From Candidatus Hydrogenedentota bacterium (GTDB lineage: Bacteria > Hydrogenedentota > Hydrogenedentia > Hydrogenedentales > SLHB01), in the NCBI GenBank assembly GCA_963674865.2, contig CAXXYE010000006.1, positions 216,372 to 280,371 on the forward strand: a DNA stretch of 64,000 nt, read 5' to 3'. Below the pieces are notes generated by a model. It was not told the DNA's origin. It was given only the letters and a program-made list of their open reading frames with translations, and made no database searches. Both the position numbers and the translations under genes were made by a program. This document shows, one piece after another, positions 1 to 11,718 of the stretch (its first letter is position 1; every line of letters begins with the position of its first letter).

Positions 1-1116
1 TCTCGCCGCCTCGGACCACCCGAGATGATCCAGCATCATGACGCCGGAAAGCATAAGCGATCCCGGATTCACTTTGTCCTGGTCGGCATACTTCGGCGCC
101 GTTCCGTGAGTCGCCTCAAACAATGCGATCACATCGCCCAGGTTAGCGCCCGGGGCCATCCCCAAGCCGCCGACCTGCGCGGCGCAGGCGTCGGACAGAT
201 AGTCGCCGTTCAGGTTGGGCAGCGCCACGACCTCGTACTCGTTCGTCCGCGTAAGCACCTGCTGAAACATGCTGTCAGCGATACGGTCATTGATAACAAT
301 CTTCCCATCGGGCGCTTTGCCGCCATGCTCATCGTACAGCGCCTGCTCCGTGATGGTGTCCGAGGCGAACTCCTCCCGAGCCAACTCGTACCCCCAGTCC
401 CGGAAAGCCCCCTCCGTGAACTTCATGATGTTGCCCTTATGGACGAGCGTGACGGTCTTCCTGCCTCTCGCCTTGGCGTACTGGATCGCCTTCCGCACGA
501 GACGCTTAGAGCCGGTGATGCTGATCGGCTTGATCCCGATCCCCGAGTCCTCACGGATATCGACGCCAAAGGACTCCCGGAGATACTCGATGAGGCGCTT
601 GGCCTCATCCGTGCCTTCCTGCCACTCGATGCCGGCGTAGACGTCCTCCGTATTCTCACGGAATATGACGATATCCATGCGCTCTGGATGAGTTACGGGA
701 CTCGGAACCCCGGCGTAGTACTTGACGGGCCGCACACAGGCGTACAGCTCGAGAATCTGCCGCATCGCCACGTTCAAGCTCCGAAATCCCCCGCCGACGG
801 GCGTCGTCAGCGGCCCCTTTATGACAACGATGAAGTGCCGGATGGCCTCAATAGTTTCCTTGGGCAAGACTTCGCCATACTGCTCCTGCGCCTTGTCGCC
901 AGCGAAGATCTCACACCAGGCAATCTTGCGTGCTCCGCCGTAAGACTTCTCCACTGCGGCATCCCAGACGCGGCGCGAAGCGCGCATGATATCCGGGCCG
1001 ATGCCGTCGCCCTCGATAAAGGGGATAATGGGATTATCGGACACCACAAGTCCGCCGTCACGATACTCGATGGTGTCTCCCTGCGTCGGAACCTGAATCT
1101 TGTCAAACGATGGCAT
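1..1116 (-). CDS. icd: NADP-dependent isocitrate dehydrogenase (3' end runs off window)
   Basis: Manual minus-strand translation from ATG at 1116: [80 protein letters not shown]. coli-type Icd motifs, open to position 1. Confidence 0.95.
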   Translation of the reverse strand, partial: MPSFDKIQVPTQGDTIEYRDGGLVVSDNPIIPFIEGDGIGPDIMRASRRVWDAAVEKSYGGARKIAWCEIFAGDKAQEQYGEVLPKETIEAIRHFIVVIKGPLTTPVGGGFRSLNVAMRQILELYACVRPVKYYAGVPSPVTHPERMDIVIFRENTEDVYAGIEWQEGTDEAKRLIEYLRESFGVDIREDSGIGIKPISITGSKRLVRKAIQYAKARGRKTVTLVHKGNIMKFTEGAFRDWGYELAREEFASDTITEQALYDEHGGKAPDGKIVINDRIADSMFQQVLTRTNEYEVVALPNLNGDYLSDACAAQVGGLGMAPGANLGDVIALFEATHGTAPKYADQDKVNPGSLMLSGVMMLDHLGWSEAAR

Positions 1117-1181
1117 ATCTACAGACTTCCTTCCTTCCCTAGGACCTCAACAGCCACAACGGAATGCGCCAAGCGGCTCCC

Positions 1182-2118
<937 letters not shown>

Positions 2119-2312
2119 GGCACTTCCTTTCCAAGAATCCTCCGCAATTCTCCACCATCACGGATTCAACCCTTGCCCTAGGACAAGTGAGCAGCCTGGG
2201 AATTCGTTCAGGCAGGAGAAGCTCTATTGTCGCTTATTCTCGCGGCGGAATCCAGCCCGCGAATCAAAGGACGCTTCAGTAGGCCCGCCCGGAAGTCACG
2301 TCATCCAGTTGC

Positions 2313-2343
2313 GGCGTCGCGAGGAGCATGTCTCCTCGACGCC
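2313..2343. other. Intergenic hairpin GGCGTC-(GC)-GAGGAG/CTCCTC-GACGCC
   Basis: 12-bp stem with 2-nt bulge and 5-nt loop in the divergent intergenic region upstream of mdh. Confidence 0.5.
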
Positions 2344-2620
2344 AGCCATGCGGCCGTCACATTCCCCAAGGAGGCCGCCTTCAAAAGCGGCAGGCGAGCC
2401 GCAGCGCGATGCTAACATACTGCTATACAGCAGCTTAGAGCGGGGCGCTCCTGGTAAGCGGGCGCTGGGCAGCTATTGCTCTTGGAAATGAGGTTGAAGT
2501 ATAAGGGAGGTAAGGTAATGCCTCGTCCGCAGTGGTGCAATCTGGCGGCACGGGCTGAGCTCGGATTGGCCGGAGGATGCAATCTGCAAAGGGTAGGCAA
2601 ACGGGCAGGGAGGAAGAGAA

Positions 2621-5038
2621 ATGCGTTGGTACAGTGTTGGAACGGCGTTAGTTCTTCTTGTGACGATATTGTCATGCATGGATGCCGCCGGACAACCCGG
2701 TGTGACGGCCGGCAGCTTCGTGGACCTCTCGCAGGCGGAGATCGTCGTGTCCGGCGATAGCGCGATTATCGCCAAAGCGGCGCAGATGCTTCAGGAGGAG
2801 ATCGAAAAACGCTCATCCCTCCGGCTGAAAATCACAAACAGGGCCGCCTCGGGCGGAGATCCGGCCATCGTCATCGGCACACTCGCCCAGTCAAAGGGCG
2901 CCGTTCTCCGCAACAACAGTACAACTGAAATCGCAGTCCCCCGACAAAGCCGAGGGATACGCCATCTGGCTCACCGGTAAGACCCTCAGGCTTGTCGGGC
3001 ATGATGAACGAGGCGCATTGTTTGCCGCAGGGCATGTGATCCGTCTCGCTCGCTTGGCGGAGAATGTCTTTGAGATGCCCGCAGACGTAGCCATTTCCAC
3101 CTCTCCCGCGTACGGCATGCGCGGACACCAGATTGGCTTCCGAAATACCGCCAACAGCTACGACGCCTGGGACTTAGACACTTACGAGCAATACATCCGG
3201 GACTGCATAATCTTCGGCGCAAACGCCATCGAGCTGATCCCCTCGCTCAGGGAAGGCTACCTGAACGGCCCAGTGATGGAAGTCCCCCAGCGGACGATGA
3301 ACGTCGAGTTGGCCCGACTGCTGCATTCCTATGGCCTCGACGTCTGGCTCTTCCTCGCCCTTGGCGGCGACATTGAGCATCCCGAGGAGTGGCAAGAGGA
3401 ACTCGACGCCCGTGCCGACTTATTCGCGGCCTATCCGGCTGTGGATCACGTCATGGTGCCTGGGGGCGATCCGGGCCACACGGAGCCGGAGCTTCTGATG
3501 CCATGGCTGGCCGAGATGGCAAAGCTGTTGCGCGCCCGTTTCCCCGAGGCCGGGCTGTGGGTGTCCAATCAGGGATTCACCCGCGAGCAGAACGACGTCT
3601 TCTTCCGCTACTTGCAGGAGCATCAGCCGGATTGGTTGACGGGCGTCGTCTTCGGGCCCTGGACGAAGATCGGCCTGAAGGAGGAAAGGGAGCGGACGCC
3701 GGCGAAGTACAAGATACGCCGCTATCCCCGACATTACCCACAACGTCCGATGCCAGTATCCGGTGCCCGGCTGGGATCGCGCCTTTGCGCAGACAATCGG
3801 CCGCGAGTGCGCCAATCCCAGGCCCGCGGGAACGGCCCACATCCACAATGAGCTCGCCCCGCTCGCGGATGGCTTCGTAAGCTATTCCGATGGGTGCCAT
3901 GACGATCTGAATAAGATGATCTGGACTGCCCTCGGATGGGGATCCGGAGGCGGATGTCGCGGACATTGTGAAGGAATACGCCAGAGCCTTTTTCGGCGAC
4001 GCATACGCCGACGATATAGCGAAGGGCCTTTGGATGCTCGAGGCGAACTGGCAAGGCCCCGCCGCCGCGAACGAGGGCATCGACGAGACTCTTGCACATT
4101 GGCAGGCTATCGAGAAGCGCGCGGGCGAGGACGTAGCGGGGAACTGGCGTTTCCAACTGCATCTGCTGCGGGCGTTGTGCGACGCGTACATCCGAGCGCG
4201 CGTGATCGCGGAAACAGGGCAGGAAGAGCAGATGTACGCGATGCTCAAAGCGCCCCGCGGGGAAGGCCGCCTGAGAGGGCCGAGATCGCGCCGCGGCGGA
4301 TTCCGCGAGAGCGTGGCGCCGCGCGTACGCAAGGATATACGTCGGCGCATCGAAAGGCTTTCTCTGGACATGCTCGACAGCATTGGAATGCAGTTCTCGG
4401 TTCTTGAGCCTTATCGCGCTTCCAATACCGAGCGAGGCGCCATCCTCGATGGAATCGACAGGCCGTTGAACAACCAGCTTTGGCTTGCCAAGCAACTCGG
4501 CGAATTGCGAGAAATGGAAGACGAGTCCGCGCAGGCCGAGCGCATTGAGATGCTAGCCAACTGGGAATCGCCGAAGCCGGGCGCGCTCTATGACGACCTC
4601 GGCTGCGCTTGGAGACAGCCCCACCTGGTGCGGCAAGCGACGTGGGATACCGACCCCGGCTTCGTAGACGGCCCACAGGAAGAGCACAGCGTCGGACTGG
4701 ACAAGCGCTCGCGCACGGCCACCGATGAACGCATGTCCTGGCTGGATCAGGCACAAACGCTGTTCGGCGCGCCTTTGCGCATGCACTACGACGAGTTGGA
4801 TCCCGGCAAGTCCTACACGCTGCGTGTCACCTACGCGGGCCGGTATCGGGCGACGATGCGGCTGGTGGCCGACAACGCCTACGAAATCCACGCAGCCCTC
4901 AAACAGCCGGAGTCCATCTGGCCCGTCGACTTCCCGGTGCCGCGCGAGGCCACGCAGGATGGCGCGCTTGACCTCGAATGGCAGCTCATTGACGGCCGTG
5001 GGTGTCAAGTGGCCGAGGTATGGCTTATCCCGGAGTAG
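2621..5038 (+). CDS. Secreted glycoside-hydrolase-like hypothetical protein (~800 aa), split by at least three single-base insertions
   Basis: ORFs 2621-2980, 3018-3851, 3763-4407 and 3968-5038 join if one base is removed at C/G runs near 2940, 3727 and 3940; signal peptide and GH20/GH67-type N-terminal domain pattern (AAQMLQEEIEKR..EGYAI..GHDERGALFA). Confidence 0.7.
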
Positions 5039-5055
5039 AGAAGCAACGGCGTTCT

Positions 5056-6738
5056 CTAGGGCGCGGCGGTATCGGCCGCCGGTACTGACACCTCGACAGG
5101 CAGCCAGTGTGTTCCGTCGGCGACGGGAGTGAGGTCCGCAGGCGACGCGTCGGCCGGCAGGACGGGCTCGAAGGCCAGCGGATTGTCGCACGGCGGGAAC
5201 TTTGCACGCACATCGGCCACGAAAGCGCGAATCCGCTGAGGATTGGCGATAGGCGCGGTAGGTTCCATCTCTCCCGCGAGGTCTTCGAGAGCGCGCAGGT
5301 CGTTCTCGATAATGCGCCCATCCTCTTCTCCTTTGTCTTCGCGGTAGCGCAGCCAACGGCACACCACGTCCGCAACGTAGCGCCAGACGCGTGTGCACTT
5401 GTGCTGGAGTCGCATGCGTTTGGAGAGGCCTTCGTAATCCTCCGGACTCAGGGCGTCCGCTGCGGCCTCAAGGTCGTCAAGCGACTGCGCGGCCAAGGCG
5501 ACAGCCTCCCCTTTCTCATGCCAGATGCGGGAGAGCATCGCGTCAGAGGGCTTGAGGAGAGCCTCGTAACTCGCCGTAAAGGCCGGTTCCCACTGGGGCA
5601 GGTTCTTCGCATCGAGACACCGGGCGCGCAACTCCTCCGGTATATCGCTGCTCTTCTCAAGCGCCCAGTGGCCGAGGATGTAGTACATCTTCCTGCCAAT
5701 AGGATAACTGCGCCGCAAGGCGGCAATGAGGCGCCTGGATGCTTCCGTATCCGGCGCCAAACCGTAGCGCTTCTGAATCCAATCGCGCCAGATGGCGTCC
5801 GCGGACACGTCGGGGCCTTCGAGAAGCCGCTGCATAGCATACAGGTTGACCTCGTTGGGCGTATCCAGCACGGTGTCGGCACTGCACGCAACGCGCACGA
5901 CCACGCCGGCCATACCTCGTGCACGCAGAGCTTTCATACGCCACGCGAGGTAATCGGTCATGCAGTAGAGAATGTGGCTCCGGCCCTGGTACTCGGCGGC
6001 GAGATCGATTTCGATAGTGCTGCTGTTGGGGCCGACGCGGCCGATGGCCGGATTCACGGGATAGTAAGGCTGCCAATCCTGAGGCACCTCCTTGATCATG
6101 GCACGAACGCCGGGCACGGAAGCAATAGCCTTTCGTATCCATTCGAGTTGATCCGGACTGTGATTGAAGGTGCGCACGTCCATGGCGACGCCATTCGCAT
6201 CGCACACTTCCTTCACGATGCGGATAGTCATGGCCACGCGTTCATCATTCGGCGTGTTCTCGTTGAAATCGCACGCATCATTCCGCACATGCCAGACCTC
6301 CGTCGGGCAACTGCCGAACTGCAGCGTGATTCCGTCCAAATCTGGGACGCGCGCGAAGGCGGCCTCGTAAGCGGCGCGGCGCGCATCCCACATGCCTTTG
6401 CCGCCACCGTCCGGATCGAGACACACATCGTTGTATCCGTCGCCAATGTTCAGTTCCTTCGCCCAGACGTACACTTTCATGTCGTGTTCATGCGCCAAGC
6501 GGCACGTGTCTCTGACGATGCGCTCGACGGCCGGATCGTCATTGATCTGATCAATGGCGCGGATGATGTTGTGAGAGAGGCGGATTTCGGTGACGCCGTA
6601 GTCACAGGCCCGCTGGATTGTTCGCTCGATTCGCCCCCAATCCGCGTGGTGCAGTTGCCAGCCGTAGGAGGGTGCCGGCGCCGCGGCCGCCGCGCCTACC
6701 GCGATAATCAATGCAGCAACAAGAAACCTACGAAACAC
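5056..6738 (-). CDS. Secreted hypothetical protein, possible TIM-barrel glycosidase-like
   Basis: Long ORF (track 5056..6810); likely GTG start at 6738 after GAGGAG, followed by signal peptide FRRFLVAALIIAVGAAAA. Confidence 0.6.
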   Translation of the reverse strand: MFRRFLVAALIIAVGAAAAAPAPSYGWQLHHADWGRIERTIQRACDYGVTEIRLSHNIIRAIDQINDDPAVERIVRDTCRLAHEHDMKVYVWAKELNIGDGYNDVCLDPDGGGKGMWDARRAAYEAAFARVPDLDGITLQFGSCPTEVWHVRNDACDFNENTPNDERVAMTIRIVKEVCDANGVAMDVRTFNHSPDQLEWIRKAIASVPGVRAMIKEVPQDWQPYYPVNPAIGRVGPNSSTIEIDLAAEYQGRSHILYCMTDYLAWRMKALRARGMAGVVVRVACSADTVLDTPNEVNLYAMQRLLEGPDVSADAIWRDWIQKRYGLAPDTEASRRLIAALRRSYPIGRKMYYILGHWALEKSSDIPEELRARCLDAKNLPQWEPAFTASYEALLKPSDAMLSRIWHEKGEAVALAAQSLDDLEAAADALSPEDYEGLSKRMRLQHKCTRVWRYVADVVCRWLRYREDKGEEDGRIIENDLRALEDLAGEMEPTAPIANPQRIRAFVADVRAKFPPCDNPLAFEPVLPADASPADLTPVADGTHWLPVEVSVPAADTAAP

Positions 6739-6910
6739 GTATCCGCCCTCCTCGCATTGGTGTTTCACGCTGCCCATGCGCGGGCATTGTGCGGAAGGGC
6801 GATCCCGCATTCAAATCGGCGCCGGCGCTATAGACAGGCTCCGTCACATGTAGGCATCCAGGGAACTGGGCTAGACAAGGCGCTTTAAGCATTTCCCGCC
6901 ATCGTGTAGG

Positions 6911-9637
6911 ATGACTTCGGGAAAGCAGACTACTCACTGGCGTGCGATGCTCAGACACCATATAAGAGCGGCCTTGATCGCCGCGTTCCTGATGCTCCCG
7001 GCCTCGGGTGCGGTGTGCCTGCCCATGTGGGAGTTCGAAGCGGGAAAGGACGCAGCGGCTTGGGTGCCGAATGGCGACCTCGCGGATGTGCGAATCGAAT
7101 ACGGCACACTGTGCGCCACTGCCGCTGACGCTGATCCCTTCTTCCTGTGCCGAGGGATCGAACTCGAGGCGACGCCGTGGCAGTATGTACTCCTTCGCAT
7201 CAAGGCGAGCCGGCCGGGCGTCGCGGAGCTATTCTGGACGGGGGAACTCGAGGGCAAATACGGCGGGCTCACGCAAGAGAAGAAGACGCGCTTCTCCATT
7301 CCAGCGGACGGCTGGCAGGAGATAGCCGTCTTCCCGTTCTGGCACACGGAGGGCGTGATCCGGCAACTCCGCTTGGATTTGTACGACGACGCAGACTTCA
7401 CCATCGACTGGATCCGCGTTGCGGCATGGGGCGGAGGTACGCCGCAGACGGATACCTTCCGTTGGGAGCTCGATGAGGACGCATCGGCCTGGCGGGTATG
7501 CCCCGGGGCGCCTGAGTTCCTTGCGCCGCCATGCCGGCTCAGCGTGGCGGATAAGGACTGGATTACCGTGCAACTGCGATCCGACGCGCCAGGTGTGGCC
7601 AGCGTGTTGTGGGCTTGTGAAGACGAACGCGGCGTGCAGTCCGAGGACTTCACTATCCGCGGCGACGGCGAATCCCATACTTACGACGTTCTCCTCGCGG
7701 GCATCCCAAGCTGGCGCGATTCCATCGTCGCATTCGGCCTCCGGCTACCGCCAGGTGCCGGTGTTCGCCTGGAATCGGTTGCCATCGCAGCGGAGCCATC
7801 CGGCCCGGCCGACCTTGATGTGTCCTATTTCGGCTTCGAGGACGGAGTGAACCGAGCGGGGCGACCCGAGCACGTACTGGTTCAACTCACAAATCGCGGC
7901 GGCAAGCCGGGCGGATTGCGCGGCGTTCATCTGCGCCTGCCCGAGGGGTTGCGTCTCCTCCAGCCGCCGGAGAAGATCTCACTCGACAGCCTCACCCATG
8001 GCGAGGTCGCTGCCTTCATCTGGGAGGTGCAAGCGGATCAGGCTGGATACTATGAAGCATCGCTGGACTTCAGCGGCAAAGGGGCACCAGCGCCAATGAA
8101 GGCCACGCTCCACTTCCTGGACGCAGCGCCCGTCCCTGCCGCAACGTATGTGCCGGAGCCGCACGCCGTGAGAACGGCCGTTGACGTGTGCGCGTACTAC
8201 TTCCCGGGCTGGGACTCGAGCGCAAAATGGGACTGCATTCGCCGCGTGGCCCCCGTGCGAAAGCCGCTGCTCGGATACTACGATGAGGCCGACACGGCAT
8301 GCGTGGATTGGCAGATCAAATGGGCCGTCGAAAACGGGATCTCATGCTTTCTCGTTGACTGGTACTGGACTCGAGGCGCACAACACCTGACGCATTGGTT
8401 CGAGGCGTATCGGCAGGCGCGCTATCGCGACCAACTCGACGTGGCCATCATGTGGGCAAATCACAACCCGCCGGGCACACACTCCGCCGAAGATTGGCGA
8501 AATGTGACGAAGGAGTGGATCGACCACTACTTCAACCTCGACACCTACTACAAGATCGACGGGAGGCCGGCGGTATTCATCTGGAATCCGCGCAATGTGC
8601 GCAATGACGTGGGCGGGAGCGAAGCGGTTCAGACACTGTTGGAGGAATCGCAGGCGGCGGCCCGCGAGGCGGGCCACGAGGGCATCACGTTCGTGGCGAT
8701 GGGCTATGACATGTCGCCTGCCAATGTCCGCATGCTGCACGCGGAAGGCTACGCCGGCCTGACCACCTACCATGAATGGGGCCGCGCTCAGGACATGACG
8801 CAAGCATCAAAGCGGGCGCGCTACGAGGACGTTGCTCGCACCAGCCCGGCCGCGTGGGAGGCGCATCGCGAGGCCGCGGCGCCGGTAACCTATTTCCCGC
8901 TGGTGGACACCGGGTGGGACGACAGGCCATGGCACGGCAACAAAGGACTCGTCATCGAAGGCCGTACCCCCGCGCTTTTCGAGGGGCTCCTGCACGACGC
9001 CAAAGCCTATTGTGAGGAGCACAGCCTACCCCTCGTCGTCTTGGGGCCGCTGAATGAATGGGGCGAGGGCAGCTACATCGAGCCCTGTACCGAGTTCGGC
9101 TTCGAGATGTACGAAGCGATTCGGCAGGTGTTCGCATCGGAGCCTCCCGCGGCCTGGCCCATGAACCTGGGGCCCCGCGATATGGATTTGGGGCCATATG
9201 ACTTTCCGAAGCGCGAATCCATCACCTTGTGGAATTTCGAAGACGGCGCCGGCGGCTGGAGGGCCATGATGAACGTGGCCGATGTTCGCTGCGAGGGCGG
9301 GGCGCTTCGACTGAGAACAGTGAGCCGGGATCCGGCGCTCGTGGTGGATGCGGGCGGAGTGGACGCGAAGGCCGTCACCAGCTTGGAGGTCAACATGCGA
9401 TTGAATGGCGACGTCACCGAATGCTCGGCCCAGATGTTCTGGGCTTCAGGTGGGGCAGCCATCTCCGAGGCCACAAGCGTCCGCTTCCCCGTGAAGGCGA
9501 ACGGAGAATTGCACACGTACCACGTTCCACTCTCCGGGAACGCCCGGTGGCGCGGAAGAATCTCGACTCTTCGGTTCGATCCCTGCGATGCCGAAGACGT
9601 GGCCGTGGTGATTGAGCGCGTCGAGTTGCTGCCGTAG
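6911..9637 (+). CDS. GH99-like/WbsX-domain secreted protein with repeated accessory domains
   Basis: Core AYYFPGW..KPLLGYYDE..WQIKWAVENGISCFLVDWYW..WANH..YYKIDGRP..GWDDRPW..NEWGEGSYIEP typical of WbsX/GH99-like family; signal peptide; start may be 6947. Confidence 0.75.
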   Translation: MTSGKQTTHWRAMLRHHIRAALIAAFLMLPASGAVCLPMWEFEAGKDAAAWVPNGDLADVRIEYGTLCATAADADPFFLCRGIELEATPWQYVLLRIKASRPGVAELFWTGELEGKYGGLTQEKKTRFSIPADGWQEIAVFPFWHTEGVIRQLRLDLYDDADFTIDWIRVAAWGGGTPQTDTFRWELDEDASAWRVCPGAPEFLAPPCRLSVADKDWITVQLRSDAPGVASVLWACEDERGVQSEDFTIRGDGESHTYDVLLAGIPSWRDSIVAFGLRLPPGAGVRLESVAIAAEPSGPADLDVSYFGFEDGVNRAGRPEHVLVQLTNRGGKPGGLRGVHLRLPEGLRLLQPPEKISLDSLTHGEVAAFIWEVQADQAGYYEASLDFSGKGAPAPMKATLHFLDAAPVPAATYVPEPHAVRTAVDVCAYYFPGWDSSAKWDCIRRVAPVRKPLLGYYDEADTACVDWQIKWAVENGISCFLVDWYWTRGAQHLTHWFEAYRQARYRDQLDVAIMWANHNPPGTHSAEDWRNVTKEWIDHYFNLDTYYKIDGRPAVFIWNPRNVRNDVGGSEAVQTLLEESQAAAREAGHEGITFVAMGYDMSPANVRMLHAEGYAGLTTYHEWGRAQDMTQASKRARYEDVARTSPAAWEAHREAAAPVTYFPLVDTGWDDRPWHGNKGLVIEGRTPALFEGLLHDAKAYCEEHSLPLVVLGPLNEWGEGSYIEPCTEFGFEMYEAIRQVFASEPPAAWPMNLGPRDMDLGPYDFPKRESITLWNFEDGAGGWRAMMNVADVRCEGGALRLRTVSRDPALVVDAGGVDAKAVTSLEVNMRLNGDVTECSAQMFWASGGAAISEATSVRFPVKANGELHTYHVPLSGNARWRGRISTLRFDPCDAEDVAVVIERVELLP

Positions 9638-9656
9638 AAGGGAGCGCACGGCGAAG

Positions 9657-10532
9657 TCACGGGGCGGGCTGGCCGCCGGGAGTCCCTGCCGCGTCAAGGG
9701 CCTCGCGAATCTCCCGGGCAATGGTGGTGCCCAATTCCCTGCGCTTCTTAAGATAAGCGGGGCAGTTGTGGTGGCCTGTGTCGAGAGGAATCAGCCGGAC
9801 ATCAGGCATATCGCTCACGAGTCCGGCTTGGCGCCCATCGATCCAGCAGTGTCCCCCGTAGAAGACGGAAACACGGGGAGGCTTGCCGGAAATGCTTCGA
9901 TAGACCCCTTCAACCGTCGGAAATGGCCCTGCCTTCCGCCGGATCTTACGGACAATGTATCCCCCGGCGACGGTGACGAGAATGGACTCGATATAGGCCC
10001 GGGGCTGCGAAACAAGACTCTTCACGTCGAATAGCGAGTGTAGAAGGCTGGCGTGCGAAGTGTAGAGGCCCGGATTCAAGGCGGGACTAAAGGCAACGAC
10101 ATGATCGAATCCGAGTCTCGCGCCGATGTACATGGCCATCGTGCCGCCGCCGGACGCTCCCACGGCCACGTTATATATGGATCCCAATCGCCGCGAAACC
10201 TCGCGCACCTTATTCTCGTAGAAGGCCAGGCCATTGCCTGAGCCGTCGGGCGCTACGTAATATCCCATCCGGCGCGTGTCGCGGAAGAAGACAAGGTTGA
10301 AATCCTTGTGATGGCGCTTCAGGATGCGACGGAACTCGAACTGCGGCATGCCGGCGAAAAGCACGGCCATACCTGAGAAGCAGAAGATCGTCTTGTCCGA
10401 GCCGCAGTCCTCGATATGGATATAGTCTTCGGCACACTTGTCGAGATCGAAAGTGCCCTCTTGCTCCATATGCCTGGCCAAGTGCGGAAGGAAAAGGCGC
10501 GTTGCCCATTTGAAGAGGATATTCTTGATCAC
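9657..10532 (-). CDS. Alpha/beta-hydrolase-fold protein
   Basis: Nucleophile elbow VAVGASGGG, C-terminal His (DTGHHN); GTG start. Confidence 0.55.
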   Translation of the reverse strand: MIKNILFKWATRLFLPHLARHMEQEGTFDLDKCAEDYIHIEDCGSDKTIFCFSGMAVLFAGMPQFEFRRILKRHHKDFNLVFFRDTRRMGYYVAPDGSGNGLAFYENKVREVSRRLGSIYNVAVGASGGGTMAMYIGARLGFDHVVAFSPALNPGLYTSHASLLHSLFDVKSLVSQPRAYIESILVTVAGGYIVRKIRRKAGPFPTVEGVYRSISGKPPRVSVFYGGHCWIDGRQAGLVSDMPDVRLIPLDTGHHNCPAYLKKRRELGTTIAREIREALDAAGTPGGQPAP

Positions 10533-10596
10533 GCGTCAAACTCGCTAAGGATCGCCTCGCCACGCTACGGGACTATACGCACGCCCTTCAAGGGCG

Positions 10597-11718
10597 TTAC
10601 ATCAATGCTTCGTACACTTCATGAACACCCTCGGCTTGGACCTCGAGCGAAAACAGCCGGATGGCCTTCTCCCGCGCGGCGCGGCCCATGGCCCGGCGCA
10701 AGGCGCGGTTCTCAGCGAGGGAGGCAAGCCGGGCCGTCAGGGCGTCCGGGGAGCCATCGAACACGAAGCCGGTTTCGCCGTCATCCACAATCTCGGGAAG
10801 CATTCCGCGTTCCGCAACGACCACCGGACGCGCCATGGCCATGACTTCGCGAACTGCCCGGCAGGTACCGTCGCTGCCTGGAACCAGAAACACCTTCACG
10901 TCGAAGGCCCTCAGCATCCCGACATAGTTCTCCCCGTCCACATAGCCCGGGAAGTGCACGTTGCGTTCCAGGCCAAGCTCTTTCACTGGCTGCTTGCCGA
11001 CCTCCTCCTGCCGTGTTCCGCGGCCCACGACGATGAGGTGGGCCTCGTGCACACGCTCTACAAGTGCGCGCATGGCCTCGAAGAGAACACGGTAGTGCCG
11101 GTGTCTCTGCATGCGCGCAACGATGCCGACCACAAATGCGTCATGCGGGATGCCGAGCCAGCGGCGTCCGTCGGGGACTTCACGCGCCGGGTCGAAGCGT
11201 TCAACATCGACGGCGCCCGGCACAACGCGCGTACGCTCGGCGGGAAAGCCGAAAGCGTCGAGGTCGTGCTGCCGCGCCTGTTCGGACGGCTCGATGAGGA
11301 AGTCCGTGCGAGCCAGAAGCCCCCCGGCCTCCTTCCGGACGGGCAGGCCGCCACCCTCATAGCTTGAGCGAACCAGCCGGACGCCCAACTTTCCAGCAGG
11401 GCCGGCTGCAATCCGATGATCGTTGTCGAGATGGCAGTGGATGATATCGTAGGGATGCGCTTGAAGGAACCTCCCAAGGGCGCGGCTATCCAAGAGATTC
11501 CTGATAGGGTGTTTATGCTTGCTCAGGCCGAATTTCAAGATCGGCTCAATATCACGATCCCGCGCGGTCTCGACGATCTTGTTGACGGCCCCCGCTGGGC
11601 CGGGTGAGCAGGCAAAGTCAGCGGAAATGCCGCGGCGCCGTAAGCTCAGGCAGAGATTCAGAGCGGGCTCGGCCGGGCCGGTCCATCGGGAGTTGCTGAA
11701 AAGATGCAGGACGTTCAT
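10597..11718 (-). CDS. Glycosyltransferase family 4
   Basis: GT-B motifs (TGPAE, GIVARMQRHR, REVMAMARPVVV, EIVDDGETG); start overlaps smc stop (ATGA). Confidence 0.85.
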   Translation of the reverse strand: MNVLHLFSNSRWTGPAEPALNLCLSLRRRGISADFACSPGPAGAVNKIVETARDRDIEPILKFGLSKHKHPIRNLLDSRALGRFLQAHPYDIIHCHLDNDHRIAAGPAGKLGVRLVRSSYEGGGLPVRKEAGGLLARTDFLIEPSEQARQHDLDAFGFPAERTRVVPGAVDVERFDPAREVPDGRRWLGIPHDAFVVGIVARMQRHRHYRVLFEAMRALVERVHEAHLIVVGRGTRQEEVGKQPVKELGLERNVHFPGYVDGENYVGMLRAFDVKVFLVPGSDGTCRAVREVMAMARPVVVAERGMLPEIVDDGETGFVFDGSPDALTARLASLAENRALRRAMGRAAREKAIRLFSLEVQAEGVHEVYEALM

